Shown here in pieces: positions 8,733 through 17,141 of a stretch of DNA of 38,244 bases (positions are counted from its first letter, which is position 1; each line of letters opens with the position of its first letter). Location: positions 1 to 38,244 of the forward strand of contig PRDI01000011.1 in the NCBI GenBank assembly GCA_003345595.1, given 5' to 3'. The notes beneath the pieces were generated by a model. The model saw nothing but the letters and a program-made list of their open reading frames with translations. It was not told the DNA's origin and ran no database searches. The stretch is from Candidatus Thorarchaeota archaeon. Its GTDB lineage: Archaea; Asgardarchaeota; Thorarchaeia; Thorarchaeales; Thorarchaeaceae. Both the position numbers and the translations under genes were made by a program.

Positions 8733-9293
8733 ATGGCAGATCTCCCAGCATCAGTAATCAAGACAAGGGCACTTCTTACGCTGCGCGGCTACAAGGTCGA
8801 CGAGCTCTTCGAGTATGAAGACCGGTACGTCATGCTCCCAGCCAAGCAGATAGCCGAAGAAGTTGTGAAATCTGTGGTATGGGTGTTCAAGGAGGCCAAG
8901 GTGGTAGGCGTGGCCGTGGTCAAGGACATCGCACGTGACATGGAGGAAGCTCAGGCAAAAGAGGGCGTTCTAGTCGGGGGTTCGCGATTCACTCCTGCTG
9001 CAAGGAAGTTTGCCAGAGCGTCGAAAGTTGAGCTTGTCGAGGGAACATACTCCTCGTTCGACCTGTTCCAACACGAACTGGTCCCCAAACACACGATAGT
9101 AAACGACGAGGAGATTCAGATGGTCCTCCAGCATTTTTCCATCAAGAAACCCCAGCTGCCGAGAATTCTCAGAGATGATCCTGCGGCAAAGGTCCTCGGA
9201 GCAAAGGCAGGTCAGGTCATCCGGATAGAGAGAGAAAGCCCTACAGCCGGCAAGACCTACTACTATCGTCTTGTTGTGGACTCAAGTCGATGA
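8733..9293 (+). CDS. rpo5: DNA-directed RNA polymerase subunit Rpo5/RpoH with RPB5-like N-terminal domain
   Basis: The C-terminal HELVPKH...QLPRILRDDPAAK.LGAKAGQVIRIERESPTAG..YYYRLV is the Rpo5/RPB5 signature. An extra N-terminal domain of about 105 aa contains LRGY, VGV and FTPAA. ATG 8733 is preferred because ATG 8685 lies in the TATA box. Confidence 0.95.
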   Translation: MADLPASVIKTRALLTLRGYKVDELFEYEDRYVMLPAKQIAEEVVKSVVWVFKEAKVVGVAVVKDIARDMEEAQAKEGVLVGGSRFTPAARKFARASKVELVEGTYSSFDLFQHELVPKHTIVNDEEIQMVLQHFSIKKPQLPRILRDDPAAKVLGAKAGQVIRIERESPTAGKTYYYRLVVDSSR

Positions 9294-9388
9294 GGCACGA
9301 TTACGCTCGCGTCCCATCATGTTAGAGCTGGACAGTCCATTCACAGTCGGGCTTCCGCCTACACTTCCTGCGCGTTATGTTTCCCGGT

Positions 9389-10159
9389 TCAGAGGACCAC
9401 TACGCCCATTGCCATGCCAGCCAGGAATATTACAAGACATGTGATGAAGGGCAGTGTGACGTTGTCGGTGCCCTTGGGGCTGACGAGTTCAATGAGGGTT
9501 GCAGCTGCTGCGCCAATGAGCGCAAGTGAGAACATTGGCACCCAGAGGATGCTGGATCCTGACACAAAGACGCCATAGTTGACAATTCCGAAGAACCAGA
9601 ATGCTAGAATTGCTCCTAGGAAGCCGAACACAAACAAGGCGGCGCACCCGGGCAGGCTCCTCTTAGAGCCGAATATCGTATGCATGTGGTTCTTTCCATA
9701 CCTCAGCCCAATCGGCGCTGACATCCCATCACCAAACATCATGATGTGAATCGCAGCCGCTGCAACGAAGTAGAGCCTCTCGTATCCGGTGAAGGTGAAC
9801 ACGCCTGTCAGGATGGTTATAGAAACCGCATACCAGAATGGCCCTCGCACGCTACCATGTTCGAGGTCCTCAGGACGTGCCATTGCCTGAAAGAATCTCC
9901 CGAACCTCTCGCCGCTCGCCAAGCCGAGGAACACGACAAAGGTCAATGCTACGAGCGTCGCGACCCAAGGGTGAGGGTAGTACGGGACTGTCCATATCGC
10001 CAGACCTGCGAACAGGTGGATTGTTTTCCTTGTAAAGTTCGAGCCCAGTTTCAACTTCCGTCTCCCGATGTCTCCAACTACAAGGACCATCATAGCATAG
10101 AACACAGCTATCAGATAGACAATCACGTCGTTCAGCTCAATACCGAATTCCGCAAGCAT
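9389..10159 (-). CDS. Dolichol/phytol kinase family (CTP-dependent polyprenol kinase)
   Basis: TRKTIH; GPFWY; FGDGMSAPIG.RYG; KRSLPG; ELVSPKGTDNVTLP; multiple TM helices. Confidence 0.88.
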   Translation of the reverse strand: MLAEFGIELNDVIVYLIAVFYAMMVLVVGDIGRRKLKLGSNFTRKTIHLFAGLAIWTVPYYPHPWVATLVALTFVVFLGLASGERFGRFFQAMARPEDLEHGSVRGPFWYAVSITILTGVFTFTGYERLYFVAAAAIHIMMFGDGMSAPIGLRYGKNHMHTIFGSKRSLPGCAALFVFGFLGAILAFWFFGIVNYGVFVSGSSILWVPMFSLALIGAAAATLIELVSPKGTDNVTLPFITCLVIFLAGMAMGVVVL

Positions 10160-10206
10160 TAACCCGATTCACCCTCGAGCCCGGGGAAAGGAACGGGTGA
10201 ATATAC

Positions 10207-11733
10207 TTATCGCCCATCCAGAGTCGAGGAAACGACTGGACTTGCATTGACTCCCGATACCTCTGCGAGAGTCCGAATCGCCCCCTTCACGGAGGCCTTC
10301 AGGTCCCTGTGCATGTTTCCTCTTGCCGACACCCAGACTCTCAGCACATCAGAGGTGCCATAGGTCTTGGGCATTGACTTTATGTAAACGCCCGGGTGTT
10401 TCCTCATGGCTTTGTCAATGAAAGGTGCAAACATGGTCTCATCTGATATCGCAAAGTCTACGGTTTCCTCATAATAGAACGGCTTGCCCTTCTGTTCGAT
10501 CCAAGGACGGACTGAAGCGTCAAAGATTGCCTTGAGTTCTGCTGGCACACCTGGCAGACAGAAAATCGTTGTTTCGTCCCTGCTAATCATTACTCCTGGG
10601 GCTCCACCGACCGAATTGTCGAGAGGCTTAGAACCCTTGGGAATGTGGGCCATCTTCTTCCTACTTTCGGTCAGCTCTGCAGTGCTGACAATTCCTTTTG
10701 CGTATAGATACTCATACTGTTTCTTCACGATTGAGAGAGCGTTGGGATCCTCAGCAAGCTCAAGGCCTAGTCTGTTTGACACCGCACTCAGAGTCATGTC
10801 ATCGTGAGTTGGACCCAGACCCCCAGAAGTGATGATGATACTGCAAATCCCCTGCAGGCGTGACAATGCGTTGCCAATCTCAGCAAGGTCATCTCTGACT
10901 GTTACTTGTGCTATGGTTGCAACGCCGAGTGCGGCTAGACGCAGCTCAAGCCAATTGCTGTTCGTATCGAGAACTAGACCATCCAAAATCTCGTTTCCAA
11001 TGGTGAGGATGCCTGCCTTCAGGCTCCCGGGAGCGTCAGCTGCCGCATGCGGCTCGTTCTCAACTTGGGAAACCTGGCCAATCTCTCGGTCTAGGTAACC
11101 GCTCACCATTTTCAGGTGCTCAAGTCTTGTCGCGGCCATGCCCTTGCCAGGAAGGGTGTTCATACTAGCCGCAATCTTCTCGGCGAGAGGTATGAAGTCT
11201 CGGATCTCATCCGCGATCTCAGCCATGTCCATCCCAGGCCTCAGTTTGATCCCATTGATGATGTAGTGGATGAAACCGACCAAACCGAGCTTGACAATCT
11301 TATCTGCATCCCACAGGACCTGTGCTTCGAGAGGCGCGAGCGGTTCGTTCAATGTGAGACCGACGTGCTTTCGAATGGCATCGCACACCTTGTCGACTGT
11401 GGTTTGGCTGACATCCTCTCTGAGGAGAATCTCACGTGCCAAAGCAGCGCTAGCGTCCCCGTGATTCTCGCCGCCACCAATTCCAGGCTTCGCCATATCG
11501 TGAAGCCAAGAGGCCATCATTGTTACTTCCATGTCCGCCCCGGTCAGAACTGCCAATCGCTTAGCCGTCACCACTACCTGACTAACATGGTCATATCGAT
11601 AGTCGAAGAGGGGTTCGTCTGAGGATGACTGTGTTTCTACCCACTCGTTTCGTGCTGCTCGAGCAGACTGACGGAGGACCAGTTTCTTCAGCTTCTCCTC
11701 AAGTCCAGGTTTCATATCGACCATGACCCTCAT
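10207..11733 (-). CDS. Fusion: HD-domain phosphohydrolase plus CinA-like molybdopterin-binding (COG1058) pyrophosphatase
   Basis: N-terminal half: DH..., WLHDMAK, HG, H, DADK. C-terminal half: TIGNEILDG.VLDTNS, VRDD, SGGLGPTHDDMT, NSVGGAPG, LPGVPAE. No PncC (NMN deamidase) domain is present. Confidence 0.88.
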   Translation of the reverse strand: MRVMVDMKPGLEEKLKKLVLRQSARAARNEWVETQSSSDEPLFDYRYDHVSQVVVTAKRLAVLTGADMEVTMMASWLHDMAKPGIGGGENHGDASAALAREILLREDVSQTTVDKVCDAIRKHVGLTLNEPLAPLEAQVLWDADKIVKLGLVGFIHYIINGIKLRPGMDMAEIADEIRDFIPLAEKIAASMNTLPGKGMAATRLEHLKMVSGYLDREIGQVSQVENEPHAAADAPGSLKAGILTIGNEILDGLVLDTNSNWLELRLAALGVATIAQVTVRDDLAEIGNALSRLQGICSIIITSGGLGPTHDDMTLSAVSNRLGLELAEDPNALSIVKKQYEYLYAKGIVSTAELTESRKKMAHIPKGSKPLDNSVGGAPGVMISRDETTIFCLPGVPAELKAIFDASVRPWIEQKGKPFYYEETVDFAISDETMFAPFIDKAMRKHPGVYIKSMPKTYGTSDVLRVWVSARGNMHRDLKASVKGAIRTLAEVSGVNASPVVSSTLDGR

Positions 11734-11751
11734 GCCTGCTGTTTATCAACT

Positions 11752-12540
11752 CTACTCCTTGCTTCCGACCAGTGGGTACAGTCTGCGTGTGTTCTCCAAG
11801 ATTGCAAGCCTAACTTCTTCTATGTCTCTACCGAGAATGGACGCGACCTCCCTGAGGGCAATCCACACGTTGGCAGGCTCGTTTCTTGTGCGTGAGTCTG
11901 CCCCCAAGACGGGGCTATCCGTTTCCAGAAGAAGTCGTTCGTACTCAACGGCCTTCACCAGTTTCCTCTTTTGTGGAGACCGTACAACTGATGTGGGAAC
12001 AGAGAAGTAATAGCCAAGGTTTCTAGATGCATCCCGTGCCAAGCTGGCCTTGCCGTCGAAAGCATGCATGTGCACCTTGCCTGCGTCAGTGCCGGCCAAT
12101 ACCTCTAGTGCTCTTCTCCCTGCTGACCTGGAGTGGACCTGCACAGGCAGACGAAGCTCGATTGCGAGCTGTGTCAGAGCCCTGAAAGCTGCCTCCTGTT
12201 CCAGCCTCTGTTCATGCTCTCTCACGAGGTAGTGGTCGAGTCCTGTTTCTCCAACTGCCACGATGGCGGATGAGTTCTTGTGGATCCAAGCCAAGGCAAG
12301 CTCAAGGTCTGTATATCTGTCCGGTTCCAGACCCACCGCTGCATAGACACTCGGGTAGCTACTGACAATACGTAGACATTCCGGCCATCCGGAAGGAGAG
12401 ATACCTGACGTTATCATCCAGACACCTGACGATGTGGCCCTCTCAATGACCCCGGGCAAGTCAGCCTGGAACTCTTCAGATTCCAGATGACAATGGGTAT
12501 CGATTACCTTGGCTGAACCCCTTATCGGTTTGCCTTCCAT
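11752..12540 (-). CDS. tatD: TatD family metal-dependent nuclease/hydrolase
   Basis: IDTHCHL, AVGETGLD, VHSR, HMHAF, LLETDSP, RNEP. Confidence 0.95.
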   Translation of the reverse strand: MEGKPIRGSAKVIDTHCHLESEEFQADLPGVIERATSSGVWMITSGISPSGWPECLRIVSSYPSVYAAVGLEPDRYTDLELALAWIHKNSSAIVAVGETGLDHYLVREHEQRLEQEAAFRALTQLAIELRLPVQVHSRSAGRRALEVLAGTDAGKVHMHAFDGKASLARDASRNLGYYFSVPTSVVRSPQKRKLVKAVEYERLLLETDSPVLGADSRTRNEPANVWIALREVASILGRDIEEVRLAILENTRRLYPLVGSKE

Positions 12541-12648
12541 TGCCTAAACACCCGCATACCCACTATACCGGAGCTCCTGAATGGATTTCTCAACGCGCTG
12601 GACATGCCGAATTCTCATGTTGTTCGTGGCTGTCCGGTGTCCGGTTCG

Positions 12649-12662
12649 ATATAACGCTTTGT
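12649..12662 (-). promoter_or_regulatory. Putative BRE/TATA for the leftward tatD transcript
   Basis: The minus strand reads acaaagcgTTATAT, a purine-rich BRE-like run followed by a TATA-like hexamer. Confidence 0.4.
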
Positions 12663-12769
12663 TCCGACTTGGCTTTTTCCGGGGCCGAAACGCATCGTTC
12701 ACAGACCAGCGCCAGAATCACCACAGGGTGGTCAGCGACACACTATGCAAAACGAGCCGCCTACTTGGG

Positions 12770-12780
12770 CAATCTTTATC
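12770..12780 (+). promoter_or_regulatory. Putative BRE/TATA of the ACP-LuxE/C operon
   Basis: CAATCTTTATC lies about 30 nt before ATG 12809 and shares a 10-mer with the element upstream of rpo5. GAGGA precedes the ATG. Confidence 0.5.
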
Positions 12781-12808
12781 CGCCGCTCTGCGGTCGAGAT
12801 TTGAGGAC

Positions 12809-13213
12809 ATGATACAAATCGGTGACTCCATCGAGCTGAGCAAGCAGATAACGGAAGATGACGTGCGCAGGATTGTCGAGATCAGTGGTGATGATAACCC
12901 TCTGCATACAAGTGACGAGTTCGCCAAACGAACTCTGTTCAAGGGACGCATCGCACATGGCATCTTGTCCGCAGCTCTAGTATCTGCTGCACTCACGAAG
13001 CTCTTTGGCCCGGGCAATGTCTGGATGTCACAGACGATGAAGTTCACATTTCCGGTGAGAATCGGGGAAACTGTCACTGCGAGATTGAGGATTACGTCAA
13101 TCGACAAAAGAAACGTGGCTACAGTGGAAACAAAGGTGTTGAATCAAGACGGTCGTGTCGTTCTGGACGGTTTCGCAGAGTCCAAGGTAATGAGGATTCG
13201 ACCCCTAAAGTGA
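12809..13213 (+). CDS. MaoC/PhaJ-type (R)-specific enoyl-thioester hydratase (hotdog fold)
   Basis: Hydratase-2 motif ISGDDNPLH..DEFA...FKGRIAHG, then FGPG and F..PV.IGETV. ATG 12809 is preferred; the longer ORF from 12581 adds non-homologous sequence. Confidence 0.93.
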   Translation: MIQIGDSIELSKQITEDDVRRIVEISGDDNPLHTSDEFAKRTLFKGRIAHGILSAALVSAALTKLFGPGNVWMSQTMKFTFPVRIGETVTARLRITSIDKRNVATVETKVLNQDGRVVLDGFAESKVMRIRPLK

Positions 13214-13222
13214 GGGATTAGG

Positions 13223-13462
13223 TTGTCTAAGCTTGGGAGATTCAACCAACTTGTCTGTGAGGTATTCAAAGTCAATGAGTCAGATCTCAGCGACAGCGCA
13301 ACTCCCGATGACATCGAGGATTGGGACTCAGTAACACATATGGACCTGATGGCCCTCTTCGAAGAAGAGTGGGCTCTGGGCCTAGATGTAGAGGAGATTA
13401 CCGAGATGACAAGCATAGGTCTCATGAAGGAGATACTGAGGAAACATGGTGTTGACCTATGA
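13223..13462 (+). CDS. Acyl carrier protein
   Basis: 79 aa, highly acidic and helical. The phosphopantetheine site is DDIEDWDS*VTHMDLM..FEEEW. TTG start with gaggg upstream. Confidence 0.92.
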   Translation: MSKLGRFNQLVCEVFKVNESDLSDSATPDDIEDWDSVTHMDLMALFEEEWALGLDVEEITEMTSIGLMKEILRKHGVDL

Positions 13463-14958
13463 ATGTAGTTGACAACCTATTCCAGGAATCAAAGAGCGCG
13501 AAGAGGATTGCCTTGTTCCAAGGCAAGGAAACCATCACCTATCCCGACCTATACCGAGACATCCAGAGAGTGTCTGCGAAGCTGAGCCAGATGGGCCACA
13601 AGGCCGGTGACAAGATTCTGATCATGGCCGACAACTCATTCTTCTGGGTGGCAGCGTACTTTGGGACTATGGGTGCGGGGATGGTCGCTTTACCCCTGCA
13701 TCATACGGTGAGTGAGTCGCATCTGGACTTTGTAAGAGAGTCCTGTGAAGTCAGAACATGTTTTGTGCAGAGGAGATATGTAAAGAACATAGCCAAGTAC
13801 AACTTCCCTAACGTCATTGCTGACGAAGCCGGTGTCCCTGGGACAACCTACTTCGGGGATATCCCGGCAGCCAAGTTTCGGTTCGTTGATGTCGATATAC
13901 AGAACGCGCTGGCAGTTATCATATTCACTTCGGGCTCAACGGGCAAGCCCAAAGGAGTGATGCTCTCTCATCGCAACATCGAGTGGAACACGGATTCAAT
14001 CATCGAGTATCTCAGCTTGACGGAGAACGACCGCATGATGGTTGTTCTGCCGTTCTCATACTGCTACGGTGCGTCGTGGCTTCATACACTTGTGAAAGTC
14101 GGAGGCCAAATAGCACTCAATAACAGGTTCATGTTTCCGGGATTGGTCCTGAACGAGATGGTGGAAAAGAAATGCACAGGATTCGCTGGAGTGCCTTCGA
14201 CGTATCAGATCCTGCTCAGGAGGTCTGCCATGAAAAAGATGAAGTTTCCCGACCTCAGGTTCGCGGCACAGGCTGGTGGAAAGCTCAGCAATCCGTTCAT
14301 ACTCGAGTTGATTGAAGCACTCCCTACAACGAAGATCTTCATTATGTACGGTCAGACGGAAGCAACGGCTCGACTCTCGTACTTGCCCCCTGAACTCCTG
14401 AAAGCGAAGCTCGGCTCCTGCGGCAAGGGCATTCCTAGGACGACACTTGAGGTCCTGAAGGATTCTGGCGAACCCGTGAAACTTGGGGAAGTGGGCGAGA
14501 TTGTCGCCTCCGGCGGAAACATCATGATGGGGTACTGGAAGGACCCCGAAGGGACTGCGAAGGCTTTGCGAAACGGCAAGCTATATACCGGAGACCTAGC
14601 GACGGTAGACGAGGAGGGCTTCATATTCGTTGTCGACCGTCAGAAGGAGATCATAAAGAGTGGCGGCTACCGCGTCAGTCCGAGAGAGGTCGAGGAAACA
14701 ATCGCGAGCATCGAAGACGTCGTCGAAGTTGGAGTCATTGGAGTGCCCGATGACCTGATGGGAGAGGCTGTGAAAGCGTATGTTGTGCTTCGAGAAGGTT
14801 CGGGCCAAACTGAGAGAGACATCATCAATCATTGCCGCGGCAGACTCCCTTCCTTCAAAGTCCCGAAGTACGTAAAGCTCTTGAAGTCTTTACCCAAGAA
14901 TGAGGCAGAAAAAGTAATGATGGCCGCTCTCAGAGACATGCACTCGAAGGGAGAGTAA
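13459..14958 (+). CDS. ANL-superfamily adenylate-forming acyl-CoA/acyl-ACP ligase
   Basis: IIFTSGSTGKPKGV, YGQTEA, YTGDL, DRQKEIIKSGG.RVSP.EVE, and terminal LPKNEAEKV. ATGA overlap with the ACP gene. Confidence 0.95.
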   Translation: MNVVDNLFQESKSAKRIALFQGKETITYPDLYRDIQRVSAKLSQMGHKAGDKILIMADNSFFWVAAYFGTMGAGMVALPLHHTVSESHLDFVRESCEVRTCFVQRRYVKNIAKYNFPNVIADEAGVPGTTYFGDIPAAKFRFVDVDIQNALAVIIFTSGSTGKPKGVMLSHRNIEWNTDSIIEYLSLTENDRMMVVLPFSYCYGASWLHTLVKVGGQIALNNRFMFPGLVLNEMVEKKCTGFAGVPSTYQILLRRSAMKKMKFPDLRFAAQAGGKLSNPFILELIEALPTTKIFIMYGQTEATARLSYLPPELLKAKLGSCGKGIPRTTLEVLKDSGEPVKLGEVGEIVASGGNIMMGYWKDPEGTAKALRNGKLYTGDLATVDEEGFIFVVDRQKEIIKSGGYRVSPREVEETIASIEDVVEVGVIGVPDDLMGEAVKAYVVLREGSGQTERDIINHCRGRLPSFKVPKYVKLLKSLPKNEAEKVMMAALRDMHSKGE

Positions 14959-14962
14959 TAGC

Positions 14963-16039
14963 ATGATTGATGGTTCTCCTCTGGTCCCCCACATATGGTT
15001 CAACCAGAGCGTGCACTTCCGCAAGGGTTCAATTATGGTGCTCAAGACTCTGCAGGCAAGTAGAGTGCTCGTCGTTGCGTACCCCGGAGCGGCCGACAAT
15101 GAAGCTTACAGGAAAGTCATCGGGAACCTCGAGGGGAGAACAGTCCAAGAGGAAACCTGCAAGACAGCAACACAGGGCGAGGTTCTCCGCATGAGGGAGA
15201 AATACGAGCATAGTCCACCCGACTTGATCCTTGGCATCGGTGGTGGCCAAGTCATGGACAGTGCCAAGATGCTGAGAGTTCTACTCGAGAATCCGGGCAA
15301 GAGCTTCGCCAACATTCTCGAGGGCCCTTTGGCACAGAGAAGTATAGCCTACGTCGCAGTCCCCACCACGCCATCTACAGGCTCGGAAGCCAATGGAACT
15401 GCAGTCATCAAGGGCAGTGACGGAGTGAAAGTCCCTTATGTGACTAGGCTCATGGTGCCCGATGTCGCCATCCTCGATCCTTCGTTTCTCTCCACTTTCA
15501 GTAGTGACCAGATCTTCACATTCATGGGTGACACATTTGGACATGCCTACGAAACCATGGTTTCAAAGCTGACTAACCCACTCATACAGTCGATTGCCAG
15601 AAGCATCATTGACCTTCTCAAACTAGCGTCTGCCGAACTGAGGCAGACACCCGCAGATGCAAGAGGACTGGACAAGCTGATGCAGGCAGGTTATCTCGGA
15701 GGGTTGGCAACCGGCAGTGTTTTTGTTGGTGTGTGCCATGCCCTAGCACATTCCCTTGAGCAGCAGAAGGGAGTGGCTCATAGCTCTGCTGTGCTTTCGC
15801 TCACGCCTCGATGCCTGTCTTGGCACGCTGAAACCACAAAAGACCCGATATACTCGCATCTGCTTAGTGAGTTCGAGTCAATTGGGCTCCAGAGCCGTGT
15901 GAGCCCGGACGTCCTTGCTGGAGTCGATTTACTCCTATTGGCCAGGCAGGCGTTGGCCGATCCCGCAATGAAGACATCCCCGATTCGAATGAAGGAGCAA
16001 GAGATGATGGGGTTGATCAATTGGATACTCAAGAAGTGA
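14963..16039 (+). CDS. Iron-containing (group III) alcohol dehydrogenase
   Basis: GIGGGQVMDSAK, VPTTPSTGSE, ILDP; metal ligands in DTFGHAYE, CHALAHSL and AHS. Confidence 0.9.
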   Translation: MIDGSPLVPHIWFNQSVHFRKGSIMVLKTLQASRVLVVAYPGAADNEAYRKVIGNLEGRTVQEETCKTATQGEVLRMREKYEHSPPDLILGIGGGQVMDSAKMLRVLLENPGKSFANILEGPLAQRSIAYVAVPTTPSTGSEANGTAVIKGSDGVKVPYVTRLMVPDVAILDPSFLSTFSSDQIFTFMGDTFGHAYETMVSKLTNPLIQSIARSIIDLLKLASAELRQTPADARGLDKLMQAGYLGGLATGSVFVGVCHALAHSLEQQKGVAHSSAVLSLTPRCLSWHAETTKDPIYSHLLSEFESIGLQSRVSPDVLAGVDLLLLARQALADPAMKTSPIRMKEQEMMGLINWILKK

Positions 16040-17139
16040 CAGTCGAGTCCCTTGTTTCCGGTGAACAGTTCAGGTTGCTACAGCCCCAGAAAGAGCGGCT
16101 TCTCCTTTCTCTGTTGAAGCAACAAGTCATTCGCTCCATCGAAACAAGTCAGTACATGAAACACTTCTACGAGGCCTATGGAAGTAGACCAGAGAATATT
16201 CAGCATACTGCAGACATCACGCCGCTTCCTGTCACGATGTTCAAGAACTTCAAGCTGCAGACCTGCCCTGATGAAGAGGTAGTGAGGATACTGAAGTCCA
16301 GTGGCACCACCACTGGTGTTCCTAGCATGATTCCTATTGACAAGACGACGGCCATGAGGCAGACGAGGGCTCTTGTGTCCATTTTGAAGAGCTACCTAGG
16401 GACTTCAAGGAGACCCTTTCTGGTCATGGATACGGCATCAATCAACGACCCTGATGCGGGTACGATCACAGCCCGCGGCGCAGCGGTCAGGGGAATAGCG
16501 AACTTCGCTCGCAAGACAGTCTATGTTATGGATGATGTCGGCGGCGAACTCGTTCCAAATCTCGATCGCCTGAGGAACTTCGTCGAGGAGTACAAGGGGC
16601 AGGAGATTCTTGCCTTTGGTTTCACCTATATCATCTGGACAAGATTCCTTAGCGCTTTGAAAGAAGCCAAGATGAAGCTCGATCTGCCCAATATCAAGAT
16701 ACTACACAGCGGAGGGTGGAAGAAGCTCACTGCCCAAGCTGTCACCAAGGACGCGTTCAACAGAGATGTGGCCGAGGCATTTGGTACAGACCCCAGTAAT
16801 GTCATTGACTTCTACGGCATGGTTGAACAGCTCGGCGTCCTTTTCTTAGATTGTCCAGCGGGCAACAAACATGCCCCCGACTTCGCAGATGTCATTATTC
16901 GTGACTTTTACACGATGGACGAGGCACCAAACGGAACTCCCGGGTTGATCGAGGTCCTCTCTACGCTTGCGACGAGCTATCCCAGTCAAGCTGTACTCAC
17001 AGAGGATGTAGGGGAAATCCGTGGAGTTGACGACTGCCCTTGCGGAAGGAAGGGGAAGTACTTCGTGTTCCGTGCCAGGGCAGAGAGAGCAGAAATCAGA
17101 GGGTGTGGCGACACCTTCGCAGAAAGTCGAAGGGAGTAG
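16021..17139 (+). CDS. luxE: LuxE-family acyl-protein synthetase
   Basis: PLPVTMFK, SSGTTTG, FGFTYIIW, HSGGWKK, DFYGMVE, SYP..AVLTED.G, and C-terminal EIRGC carrying the acyl-accepting Cys. Its TTG start overlaps the ADH 3' end. Confidence 0.93.
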   Translation: MDTQEVTVESLVSGEQFRLLQPQKERLLLSLLKQQVIRSIETSQYMKHFYEAYGSRPENIQHTADITPLPVTMFKNFKLQTCPDEEVVRILKSSGTTTGVPSMIPIDKTTAMRQTRALVSILKSYLGTSRRPFLVMDTASINDPDAGTITARGAAVRGIANFARKTVYVMDDVGGELVPNLDRLRNFVEEYKGQEILAFGFTYIIWTRFLSALKEAKMKLDLPNIKILHSGGWKKLTAQAVTKDAFNRDVAEAFGTDPSNVIDFYGMVEQLGVLFLDCPAGNKHAPDFADVIIRDFYTMDEAPNGTPGLIEVLSTLATSYPSQAVLTEDVGEIRGVDDCPCGRKGKYFVFRARAERAEIRGCGDTFAESRRE

Positions 17140-17141
17140 AA

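Noticed and set aside
12581-12808. N-terminal extension of MaoC, or a tRNA around GGTTCGA at 12643
   Set aside because: The extension has no family similarity and spans promoter elements. No cloverleaf can be folded around the T-loop-like motif.
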